This document shows positions 18,434 to 26,940 of a DNA stretch of 64,000 nucleotides, one piece after another. The notes under the pieces are model-generated. The model was not told where the DNA came from. It did no database searches and saw only the letters and a program-made list of their open reading frames with translations. Made by a program: the position numbers and the translations under genes. Position 1 is the stretch's first letter. Each line of letters opens with the position of its first letter. Source of the DNA: Myxococcota bacterium (GTDB taxonomy: Bacteria > Myxococcota_A > SURF-8); the NCBI GenBank assembly GCA_965140415.1, contig OZ223209.1, positions 3,488,001 through 3,552,000 of the forward strand. Direction: 5' to 3'.

Positions 18434-20563
18434 ATGACACCGAATCCCCTGCACGCGATCATGCATCCCAAATCTATCGTTGTTGCCGGAGCAAGTAATA
18501 ATTTCATGAAAATGGGTGCTATTCAGGCGCTGAATCTGCTGCATTGCGGTTTCACCGGCGAGATTCTTTTTCTACACCCAACGGAAAAAGAACTGATGGG
18601 ACACCCTACCTATGCCACACCGGACGATCTCCCTTACGCACCGGATCTAGCTTTTCTGGTCACTCCAACCGGCATCACTCCGAAACTGATTGAAGGTCTC
18701 GGGCGCAGGGGAGTCAAATACGCCGTGATCGTTACCGCCGGATTCCGGGAAGTCGGTGGGGATGGAATCGAATTGGAACATCATTTGATTGAAGCCGCCG
18801 ATAAGCATGGCCTACGCTTCATTGGTCCCAACTGCATTGGAATCGTGAATACTCATTTACCTTTGAATCTGACCGTATTTCCCTATATAGACAAGCCCGG
18901 TCATGTGGGTCTGATCAGCCAGAGCGGCACTTACGTTGCACAAAGCATTCCCTACCTTCAGAAACGCGGGATCAGATACAGCCAGGCCATCAGCGTGGGC
19001 AATGCCTCCAATATCGATATCGTAGATTGTCTGGAATATCTGGGTGAAGACCCGGAAACGAAAGCGATAGCTTTGTATATCGAAGGCATCAAGCGAGGAC
19101 GAGAATTTATTTCCGTTGCGCGTCGCGTCAGCCGGAGTAAACCTATTGTCGCACTGTACGTCGGCGGATCGGAAGCCGGGTCGCGTTCGGTTTCCTCTCA
19201 CACCGGCTCGATGGGAACCCCGGATGTCTTCTTCAACGGAGTATTGGAACAGGCGGGAATCATCCGCGCCAAATCGGTGGAAGACCTATTCAGTTGGACT
19301 CATGCGTTAGCCAGCATGCCGATTCCAAAAGGAAAACGCATGGCCATTCTGACCCACTCCGGCGGTCCTGCCAGTTCCATGGCCGACGCCTGTGAAAAGA
19401 ACGGTCTGAGTCTGCCTGAATTCAGCCAGCAGTTGCAGCAACGTATCAAACCAATGATCGAACCGACAGCCTCCGCCAAAAATCCGATCGACTTGACCTT
19501 CACAATGGACCACGAAGCTCTAGTCAACAAAATTCCTGAGATCCTTTTTGAAAGTGACGAAGTCGATGGCGTTCTGGTTCATGGAATCATGGACACCGGC
19601 TTCATTAAAGCCGGATTCAAATTTCTGGAAAAACTGCTTCCCATCTCGCTATCGGATTTGGAAAAAAGCATGGAATTCGACCTGTCCAAACTGGTCGCCC
19701 TCCCCCATCAGTCCGGCAAACCGATGACCGCCTCGACTTTCTTACGAGATGACCACGCCGCACAAACCTTTGTCGATCACGACATCCCGTTGTTTGCCGC
19801 GCCAGATCATGCCGTACATGCCATGGCGGCACTATCCAAATATGCCGATATCCACACCAACATGAGCAAGACTCCGGATTTCGATGTTCACTATCCAAAA
19901 CCGTCAACTCCCTTGCCACACACAGGTCGAACTCAACTTGACGAATACGATGCTAAAAAGCTGCTGGCAGAGTATGGGGTTCTATGCTCACAAGAAGAAC
20001 GTGTCACCGAGCTTTCAGAAGCATGTGAAGCCGCTAAACGCATCGGTTATCCGGTTGTGTTAAAAGGTCTGCCTAGCAATGTCGCTCATAAAAGCGAAGC
20101 AGGACTGGTTCACCTCGCGCTGTCGGATGAAAAATCGCTGCACAAGGCATGGATGAAAATAGAAGATAGCGCACCGGGTTGTCCCCGATTGGTAGCGCAG
20201 ATGCTTTCCGGAGAACGCGAACTGGTCATCGGTATGACGCGCTTCGATGCCTTCGGACCTGCCGTCATGTTGGGAATCGGCGGTATTTTCACAGAAGCAA
20301 TTTCAGACGCCACTTTCCGCGTTGCTCCAGTTACGAAATTCGAAGCTAAACAAATGCCTAATTCTTTGAAACTAAACGCGCTTTTCGATTCCCTGCGCGG
20401 TCTTCCCGAAGTGAATCGAGATCTGCTGGCCAACTCCATCCAAGCGGTGGCAACACTTGCCCTGGAGCACCCGGAGATCTCGGAGATCGATATCAATCCT
20501 TTACTCGTTGTTAATGGACGACCAATCGCAGTAGATGCCCTGATTGTTCTGGAAAACCATTAA
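18434..20563 (+). CDS. Acetate/acyl-CoA ligase (ADP-forming) family, fused alpha-beta
   Basis: PKSIVVAGAS, IGPNC.G, ISQSG, SVGN, SHTG (phospho-His), SGG, NPIDL, GYPVVLK, HKSE.G, EIDINPL, VDA; GGAGG RBS before ATG 18434. Confidence 0.9.
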   Translation: MTPNPLHAIMHPKSIVVAGASNNFMKMGAIQALNLLHCGFTGEILFLHPTEKELMGHPTYATPDDLPYAPDLAFLVTPTGITPKLIEGLGRRGVKYAVIVTAGFREVGGDGIELEHHLIEAADKHGLRFIGPNCIGIVNTHLPLNLTVFPYIDKPGHVGLISQSGTYVAQSIPYLQKRGIRYSQAISVGNASNIDIVDCLEYLGEDPETKAIALYIEGIKRGREFISVARRVSRSKPIVALYVGGSEAGSRSVSSHTGSMGTPDVFFNGVLEQAGIIRAKSVEDLFSWTHALASMPIPKGKRMAILTHSGGPASSMADACEKNGLSLPEFSQQLQQRIKPMIEPTASAKNPIDLTFTMDHEALVNKIPEILFESDEVDGVLVHGIMDTGFIKAGFKFLEKLLPISLSDLEKSMEFDLSKLVALPHQSGKPMTASTFLRDDHAAQTFVDHDIPLFAAPDHAVHAMAALSKYADIHTNMSKTPDFDVHYPKPSTPLPHTGRTQLDEYDAKKLLAEYGVLCSQEERVTELSEACEAAKRIGYPVVLKGLPSNVAHKSEAGLVHLALSDEKSLHKAWMKIEDSAPGCPRLVAQMLSGERELVIGMTRFDAFGPAVMLGIGGIFTEAISDATFRVAPVTKFEAKQMPNSLKLNALFDSLRGLPEVNRDLLANSIQAVATLALEHPEISEIDINPLLVVNGRPIAVDALIVLENH

Positions 20564-20583
20564 AACAACCCTAAAACTATAAT

Positions 20584-20637
20584 AAAATGAAGCGTCATTC
20601 ATTTTTTTATTGCATGTGCGTCAAGCCGGGTTATACT
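20584..20637 (+). promoter_or_regulatory. Inverted-repeat operator and sigma70 promoter upstream of the acyl-CoA dehydrogenase
   Basis: AAAATGAA-N6-TTCATTTT (20584-20605) just upstream of TTGCAT-N16-TATACT (20610-20637). Confidence 0.55.
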
Positions 20638-20756
20638 TGCACGGTCGTAGAAACCTACGGTCGAGTTGTGACCACTTTTTCAGCCCAACCGTAGAACAGG
20701 CTGGTTCGAGACGGATCCGTCTTTTTACATTCTGACCCTTTAAAAAGGAGTTCCTC

Positions 20757-22598
20757 ATGTATCGTATTGACGAGAGAGACCATCGATTCTGTTTGTACGA
20801 ATATCTGAATCTGGACGAGATTCTCAAGCTCCCGGCCTATCAGGATCTTGATAACGAAACGATCGGTATTCTGCTGGAGAACGCGTACAAAGTTTCCAAA
20901 GACGTCATCGCTCCCCTTAATGCTCCCGGCGACAGGCAGGGCTGCACTCTGAACGCGGACGGCAGCGTCACCATCCCCGACGGCTATAAAGAAGCCTATG
21001 ATGCCTATTGCAACGACGGCTGGCTGGGCCTGACGGTCGATCCCGAATTCGGCGGCACCGGCGCTCCCCAACTGGTCGGCATGGCCGCCAGCGAAGCCTT
21101 CTGTGGCGCTTCCATCGCCTTTGCGATGTACCCGGGTCTGACTCACGGCGCGCTTGCCCTGATCATGGACGAAGGCAGCGACGAACAGAAGGCCATGTAC
21201 GTTGAGAAAATGACCATGGGTCAATGGGGCGGCACGATGTGTCTGACCGAAGCCAGTGCGGGTTCCGCAGTTGGCGATCTGAAAACCACCGCCACCAAGA
21301 TCCGCGACGGTTACTATAAAATTTCCGGCCAGAAGATCTTCATCTCCTCCGGTGAGCATCCCATGGCGGAAAACAATGTGCACCTGGTGCTGGCCCACAC
21401 CCCCGATGGCCCCAAGGGCATCAAAGGTCTGTCACTGTTCATCGTTCCGAAATTCCGCGTTAACGAAGACGGCAGCCTGGGCGAATTCAACGATGTCACC
21501 TGTGTCGGCATCGAGCACAAAATGGGTATCAAAGGCAGCGCTACGGCGACCTTGGCCTTTGGTGAAAACGATAACTGCGAAGGCTGGATCATCGGCAACG
21601 AAGGCGACGGCATCAAAATCATGTTCCACATGATGAACGAAGCCCGCCTGGGTGTTGGCCTGCAAGGTCTCGGCGCAGCCGGAGCCTCTTACCTGGAAGC
21701 TCTGGATTACGCCAAAGAGCGCATTCAGGGTGTTGACGCTCGCAATATGAAGGATCCGGATGCTCCGCGCGTCGCGATCATCGAGCATCCCGACGTTCGC
21801 CGTATGCTCATCACTATGCGCGCCTACACCTACGGCTTGCGTGCTCTGATGCTGAAAACCGCACAATACGCCGACTTTGCTCTTAAGGGCGAAGGCGAAG
21901 TTCAGGAAAAATCCCAGGGTATGCTGGAACTGCTGACCCCGATCTGCAAAGGCTACGGCACCGACGTGGCGTTCGATGTTACCCGTCTTGCCATCCAGAC
22001 CTTCGGCGGTTACGGATACTGTAGTGAGTATCCGGTGGAACAGTACATGCGCGACGCCAAGATCCTGAGCATCTACGAAGGCACCAACGGCATCCAGGCC
22101 ATGGACCTCGTAGGCCGCAAAATGGGTATGAAGCGTGGTGCAGTCTTTATGAATTACGTGGCCGAACTGCAAGGTGCCCTGGCGAAGATGAAAGAATGCC
22201 CGGCGACCGCAGGCATCACCGCCGAATTCGAGCAATCCCTGACCGACTTGCAGACCCTGGCCATGACCTTCATGGGCAAAGGCATGGAAGGCAAGATGAT
22301 CGACGTGCTGCTGTCGGCCACTCCGTTCCTGCGCTTCATGGGTAACCTGGCCCTGTCCTGGTTGCTGGGCGAGCAGGCTGTTGTCGCCAGTGGCAAACTG
22401 GAAGCGATCTTCGAAGCCAAAGGCGCCACTGATGATGACGCCAAGAAGGCTCTCATTCAAGATAACGAAGAAGCGGCGTTCTATGATTCCAAAATCAAAG
22501 TTGCCACGTTCTTCAACACCAACCTGCTGCCGGAAAACCGCAGCCTGAGCCAAGCCATGCTGGCATTCGACTTCACCGCGATGGACATCGTGTTCTAA
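20757..22598 (+). CDS. Acyl-CoA dehydrogenase (long, about 600 aa type with C-terminal extension)
   Basis: GTMCLTE..AGS, GQKIFIS.G, KGLSLFIVPK, IEHKMGI.GS.T, MNEARL, GGYGY..EYP.EQY.RD.KI..IYEGTNGIQA.DL. Confidence 0.95.
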   Translation: MYRIDERDHRFCLYEYLNLDEILKLPAYQDLDNETIGILLENAYKVSKDVIAPLNAPGDRQGCTLNADGSVTIPDGYKEAYDAYCNDGWLGLTVDPEFGGTGAPQLVGMAASEAFCGASIAFAMYPGLTHGALALIMDEGSDEQKAMYVEKMTMGQWGGTMCLTEASAGSAVGDLKTTATKIRDGYYKISGQKIFISSGEHPMAENNVHLVLAHTPDGPKGIKGLSLFIVPKFRVNEDGSLGEFNDVTCVGIEHKMGIKGSATATLAFGENDNCEGWIIGNEGDGIKIMFHMMNEARLGVGLQGLGAAGASYLEALDYAKERIQGVDARNMKDPDAPRVAIIEHPDVRRMLITMRAYTYGLRALMLKTAQYADFALKGEGEVQEKSQGMLELLTPICKGYGTDVAFDVTRLAIQTFGGYGYCSEYPVEQYMRDAKILSIYEGTNGIQAMDLVGRKMGMKRGAVFMNYVAELQGALAKMKECPATAGITAEFEQSLTDLQTLAMTFMGKGMEGKMIDVLLSATPFLRFMGNLALSWLLGEQAVVASGKLEAIFEAKGATDDDAKKALIQDNEEAAFYDSKIKVATFFNTNLLPENRSLSQAMLAFDFTAMDIVF

Positions 22599-22620
22599 GT
22601 TTCGCACCTACGTGTAGCTC

Positions 22621-22657
22621 AAACGGTCGGCGCATCTGCGTCGACCGTTTTTCTTTA
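22621..22657 (+). terminator. Intrinsic terminator after the acyl-CoA dehydrogenase
   Basis: AAACGGTCG...CGACCGTTT stem followed by TTCTTT. Confidence 0.85.
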
Positions 22658-22706
22658 TGGGAATCTATTAGATATCAATATGTTACGTGATATCGCATTC
22701 CCGATC

Positions 22707-22735
22707 TTGACCCCGATTGCTATATTTAGTATAAT
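22707..22735 (+). promoter_or_regulatory. Sigma70 promoter for the cNMP-binding gene pair
   Basis: TTGACC-N17-TATAAT, near consensus. Confidence 0.7.
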
Positions 22736-22782
22736 AATTGCAGATTCGGTTCCGATACAATTTTCACTATTTAGGAATACCA

Positions 22783-23343
22783 TTGGAATCTTTCCACGAT
22801 TTTCTAAAAAGAATCAAGCTGTTCGCGGATTTAAGCGAACAGGAAATCGACGAGATCCTGCGTCTGACCAACCGTATGCGTATCAAAGCTGGAACTCTAA
22901 TCTGTCAAGAAGGGGATTTCGGACAATCGATGTACGTCATTCGCGAAGGTGTTGTTCGAGTGGAACGTCAATCCGCCTCCAAAACACCACTGAAACTCGC
23001 CCGTATGAGCGAAGGGATGGTGATAGGAGAAATGGCGCTGGTGGATGACCAACCCAGGTCGGCCACCCTGGTTGCGGAAACGGATTGCATTTTATATGAA
23101 ATCCAACGTATCGATTTCGAAGACTTCAAAGCGGAGCAACACCCGGCGGCATATAAATTGCTGCGGGCCATTGCTTTCGATTGCTGCGAACGATTACGTT
23201 CCGTAAACCAGCAGATAAAGACCTATACCGAAAACCCAAAAGCTCTTTTCGAACCGGATGTAACGCTTGGACTTCGCGCGGAGGAAATAACTTTGACCAA
23301 ACGTTTGAAAGGTTTTCTGCGACTTTTCGGTGCAACGGATTAG
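22783..23343 (+). CDS. Cyclic nucleotide-binding domain protein (no HTH)
   Basis: LF.DL, EGD.G.SMYVI..G.V, GEMAL....PRSAT; TTG start at 22783 chosen from AGGA RBS and promoter position (ORF track start 22738). Confidence 0.88.
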   Translation: MESFHDFLKRIKLFADLSEQEIDEILRLTNRMRIKAGTLICQEGDFGQSMYVIREGVVRVERQSASKTPLKLARMSEGMVIGEMALVDDQPRSATLVAETDCILYEIQRIDFEDFKAEQHPAAYKLLRAIAFDCCERLRSVNQQIKTYTENPKALFEPDVTLGLRAEEITLTKRLKGFLRLFGATD

Positions 23344-23351
23344 GAGACGGC

Positions 23352-24152
23352 GTGGTCAACGAACGCAACTTACGACATCGAGACTTCCTGCGAACCTTCG
23401 CAATTTTCAAGGATTTTCATCCGAATGACTTATTGCTGCTCTCCAATCATCTCATTGAGCAACGCTACGAGGCAAATCAAGTCGTCTTCCGCGAAGGCGA
23501 TCCAGGCGAAGGCTGTTTCTTCATCGTATTCGGTAGTATTGCGGTAGTGAAACCTTTACCCAATCAAAAAGTGGAAATCTTAGCTACGTTAAAATCAGGG
23601 CAGATGTTCGGACAAGTATCCTTGATCGACGGTCGCCCTCGCTCGGCGACCTGTGTTGCCTCGTCTCGCTCTCTTTTACTGGAACTTCCCAAAGCGCGTT
23701 TCGATGAAATGTTCGAACTTAAAGAGAGTTTCGCGTTCCGTTTCCAGGACTATCTGACCAGGGTAATGGTAAAACAGCTCCGCCAAGCCAATGAGAAATT
23801 GTCGAAACTGGTAAAATTCGCACAGCAGCCCTCCGTGGATGCCGCGCCGGAACAGGATGCGCTTGAAATCTACGATCAATTTAAAGAGGCCATGCGTTCC
23901 GCCGATGAAATGGGAATCGATCTGGATGAAGTTTCTTATGATATTCCTGTCGGTCAACAACGAGATCCGGCCCGAAAGCAGATGCAGCAGGAACGGGAAC
24001 GAGCAGCCCAAAAGATTCAACAAAGCCCCACACCTAGAACCCCTTCAAAACGCAAAACAGCCACCATCGATCTCGACTCCCTAGACCGACCGAGCTTTAA
24101 CCACCAGTTCAATGATGATGGTTCCTATTCCGTTACACGTAATTCCCGATAG
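23352..24152 (+). CDS. Cyclic nucleotide-binding domain protein with charged C-terminal tail (no HTH)
   Basis: FREGDPG..CFFI..G, FGQVSLIDGRPRSAT; GTG start after GGAG overlapping the upstream stop. Confidence 0.88.
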   Translation: MVNERNLRHRDFLRTFAIFKDFHPNDLLLLSNHLIEQRYEANQVVFREGDPGEGCFFIVFGSIAVVKPLPNQKVEILATLKSGQMFGQVSLIDGRPRSATCVASSRSLLLELPKARFDEMFELKESFAFRFQDYLTRVMVKQLRQANEKLSKLVKFAQQPSVDAAPEQDALEIYDQFKEAMRSADEMGIDLDEVSYDIPVGQQRDPARKQMQQERERAAQKIQQSPTPRTPSKRKTATIDLDSLDRPSFNHQFNDDGSYSVTRNSR

Positions 24153-24259
24153 AACGACCTCGCCGGCTTTTATTCTCTATGCAGACCATTTCAGCTTCCG
24201 CTAAAATCTCACACTTCGTAACTTTGCATCCACCTTTACAAATCTAATTTCATTCTTAC

Positions 24260-24305
24260 TTGACAAAATGACTCCGCTACACCAGACTAGACACGCCGTT
24301 CTAGT
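24260..24305 (+). promoter_or_regulatory. Promoter with overlapping palindromic operator
   Basis: TTGACA at 24260; ACTAGA-N8-TCTAGT (24286-24305) overlaps the expected -10 position. Confidence 0.5.
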
Positions 24306-24345
24306 TTTCACACTCCCTAGTAGTGGAGTAGCAAGGAGGAATTGA

Positions 24346-25365
24346 ATGACAGTCGCCATCACCGGCGCATCCGGTCACATCGGTTGTACACTTACACGCT
24401 TTCTGATCAAACAGAATATTCCCGTTCGAGCCCTGGTTTACAACGATGATCAAGCATTACAGGATTTGAGCATCGAATTGGCTAAAGGAGATGTCTTAGA
24501 CCTTGAAAGTCTTTATAGCGCATTCGAAGGCGTTGACACCGTTTATCATCTGGCTGCGGAAATCCAGTTAAAACGACGCCATACAGAGCACATGCAGCAA
24601 GTCAACGTGGAAGGTACGGCCAATGTATTAAAAGCCTGCAAAGCCTGTGGAGTGCGAAGACTCGTACATGTCAGTTCGGTCCACGCTCATGACATGTACC
24701 CGTTGAGCGAAATCATGGATGAAACACGCCCACTGGTTACTGATCCCGACGCCCTGCATTACGACCTGAGCAAATCGAAAGCACAACAACTGGTGATCGA
24801 TGCCATTAAGGAAGGATTTGATGCTGTTATCGTGAATCCTTCCGGGGCTATCGGACCATACGACTTCAAACCCAGCGCAACAGGAAAAATGCTGATTGAT
24901 TTCTACAAAGGAGCCGTTCCTGCTGTTGTTCAGGGAGGTTTTGATTGGGTGGACGTTCGTGATGTCGCTCACGGCATCATGCTTGCCGCCGAAAAGGGGC
25001 GCAGCGGAGAAAGCTATTTTCTTTCCGGGGAATGGCTTTCGATTGCAGAACTCTCTAAATTGATTGGAGAAGTTCTACAATTACCCACGCCTAAGTTTGT
25101 TTGTCCGATGTGGTTGGCACGAGCAACAGCCCCGTTTGCGGAAGCTTTTGCCACGCTGTTTAATAAAGAACCTCTTTACACCAGCGAGTATCTAGAGATC
25201 GTTCGCCTTAACCCACGCATCAGCCATCAAAAAGCGATGGATGAACTCGGTTATTCCGTTCGTCCGCTTCGTCAGACACTGGAAGACAGTTACAACTGGC
25301 TGATGGAAGCCGGTCTGCTAGATCCTAACGCCGCGATGAATGCCCTGCCCGATATGAACAGCTGA
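24346..25365 (+). CDS. NAD-dependent epimerase/dehydratase, dihydroflavonol-4-reductase/HpnA-like extended SDR
   Basis: ITGASGHIG, YHLAA, NVEGT.NV, HVSS, YDLSK (YxxxK), GPYD.KPS, VDVRDVA; AAGGAGG RBS. Confidence 0.9.
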   Translation: MTVAITGASGHIGCTLTRFLIKQNIPVRALVYNDDQALQDLSIELAKGDVLDLESLYSAFEGVDTVYHLAAEIQLKRRHTEHMQQVNVEGTANVLKACKACGVRRLVHVSSVHAHDMYPLSEIMDETRPLVTDPDALHYDLSKSKAQQLVIDAIKEGFDAVIVNPSGAIGPYDFKPSATGKMLIDFYKGAVPAVVQGGFDWVDVRDVAHGIMLAAEKGRSGESYFLSGEWLSIAELSKLIGEVLQLPTPKFVCPMWLARATAPFAEAFATLFNKEPLYTSEYLEIVRLNPRISHQKAMDELGYSVRPLRQTLEDSYNWLMEAGLLDPNAAMNALPDMNS

Positions 25366-25371
25366 AACTTA

Positions 25372-26940
25372 TCAACTCCGCCTGTTTTTAGGCGGAGTTT
25401 TTTCAATCACTTCATACTGTTCAATGTGGAAATAGTTGATCGAGCGCAAGCTGATCTTCTTGTTTAAGGCATATTCCAAATTGGAGACCATCAAGGCTTC
25501 TTCATCCACCAGCATATCGTAAATTTCAGGGTGGCAATTAACCGTAATCACCGGACCTTTGATACTGTTTACACTACGCTTGATCTCTCTGAAAATCTCG
25601 TAACAGATTGTCGTTTTGCTTTTCAGATAGCCTTTACCATCGCAATAGAAGCAGGGTTCACACAAGGTACGCCCCAGACTTTCACGAATCCGCTTGCGCG
25701 TCATCTCGACCAGACCGAATTCAGAAATTTTCAGGATATTGGTTTTTGCCTTGTCCTGCTCCAGCGCCTCATTCATCGACTGATAGACCTTTTCCCGGTC
25801 CGATTCGCGCTCCATATCGATGAAATCGATAATGATGATACCACCAAGGTTGCGCAATCGAAGCTGATAAACAATCTCCCGAATTGCCTCCATGTTGGTC
25901 TTTACAATGGTGTCTTCCAGGTTTCGTTTTCCAACATAGCGCCCGGTATTGACATCAATGGCGGTCAGAGCTTCGGCCTGGTCGATAATCAGGTACCCAC
26001 CAGACTTCAGCCAGATTTTGCGCCCCAAGGCCCGGTTGATGTCCATTTCGATGCCATAGTGATCGAAAATCGGGTCCGGCCCGCTGTAATATTCGACATG
26101 ACTCTTGAACTTGGGCATGGTCGTTTTAATGAAACTCCGCACGGCCTCATACTCATCCTTGTTGTCAATAACAAGGGATTCCACGTCGCTGGTGAACAGA
26201 TCGCGAGCCGCACGGTAAATCATGTTCAAATCATTGTGCATCAACTCCGGCGCACTGGCTCTTTCTGCTTTTTTCTGAACCTGGTGCCACAAATTCATAA
26301 GCAGCGTCATATCCGCTCGCAACTTCTTTTCGTTCACACCTTCCGCAACGGTGCGCACGATAAAGCCGCTTCCAGCCTCCCGAATCTTCCCCACCAGTTC
26401 CTTAAGTCTGCTTCGTTCGGCTTCCTCGGCGATGCGCCTGGAAATTCCGACATGATCGATATGCGGCATGTAAACCAGGTATCGACCCGGCAACGAGATA
26501 TGAGTCGTGATCCGGCAGCCTTTGGTTCCGATCGGATCTTTGGCTACCTGAACCAATAGCTCCTGGCCTTCTTTGAGCAATTCCTCAATTGGCAGATGAC
26601 GCCCAGAACCGTGTGCATCGTGGCGAGCATCGGAACCATTTCCCTGCTTGTCATCGTCATCGGAATCGTCATCAATGTCGCGATCTTCTTCGTAATTAGG
26701 TAAATCCTGACCGGGAATGTAAATATCCGAGACATACAAAAAGGCCGCTTTATCCAAACCGACATCAACAAACGCCGCCTGCATCCCCGGCAGCACTCGG
26801 ATAACCTTTCCCTTGTAAATATTACCTACATATCCGCTTTCATTCTTTCGTTCGATAAATAGCTCAACGGTTGCCCCGTTCTCAACCAGTGCCACCCGGT
26901 TCTCGAATGGAGTGGCGTTGACGATTAGCTTTTGGGCCAT
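25372..26940 (-). CDS. rng: Ribonuclease G (Rne/Rng family)
   Basis: GNIYKGKV..VLPGMQAAFVD, VQV.KDPIGTKG, LKSGGYL.ID..EALT.IDVNTG, LRNLGGII.IDFIDM, C..C.G.G; start MAQKLIVN at 26940 with AGGAG RBS. Confidence 0.95.
   Translation of the reverse strand: MAQKLIVNATPFENRVALVENGATVELFIERKNESGYVGNIYKGKVIRVLPGMQAAFVDVGLDKAAFLYVSDIYIPGQDLPNYEEDRDIDDDSDDDDKQGNGSDARHDAHGSGRHLPIEELLKEGQELLVQVAKDPIGTKGCRITTHISLPGRYLVYMPHIDHVGISRRIAEEAERSRLKELVGKIREAGSGFIVRTVAEGVNEKKLRADMTLLMNLWHQVQKKAERASAPELMHNDLNMIYRAARDLFTSDVESLVIDNKDEYEAVRSFIKTTMPKFKSHVEYYSGPDPIFDHYGIEMDINRALGRKIWLKSGGYLIIDQAEALTAIDVNTGRYVGKRNLEDTIVKTNMEAIREIVYQLRLRNLGGIIIIDFIDMERESDREKVYQSMNEALEQDKAKTNILKISEFGLVEMTRKRIRESLGRTLCEPCFYCDGKGYLKSKTTICYEIFREIKRSVNSIKGPVITVNCHPEIYDMLVDEEALMVSNLEYALNKKISLRSINYFHIEQYEVIEKTPPKNRRS

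Noticed and set aside
21432-22607. 391-aa minus-strand ORF (also 20655-21398)
   Set aside because: Antisense shadows of the strongly codon-biased acyl-CoA dehydrogenase; no motifs.
24346-25365. Hopanoid cluster (HpnA-like SDR plus HpnJ/HpnH-like radical SAMs)
   Set aside because: The genes are more than 14 kb apart, no squalene-hopene cyclase or synthase is present, and the families are broad.
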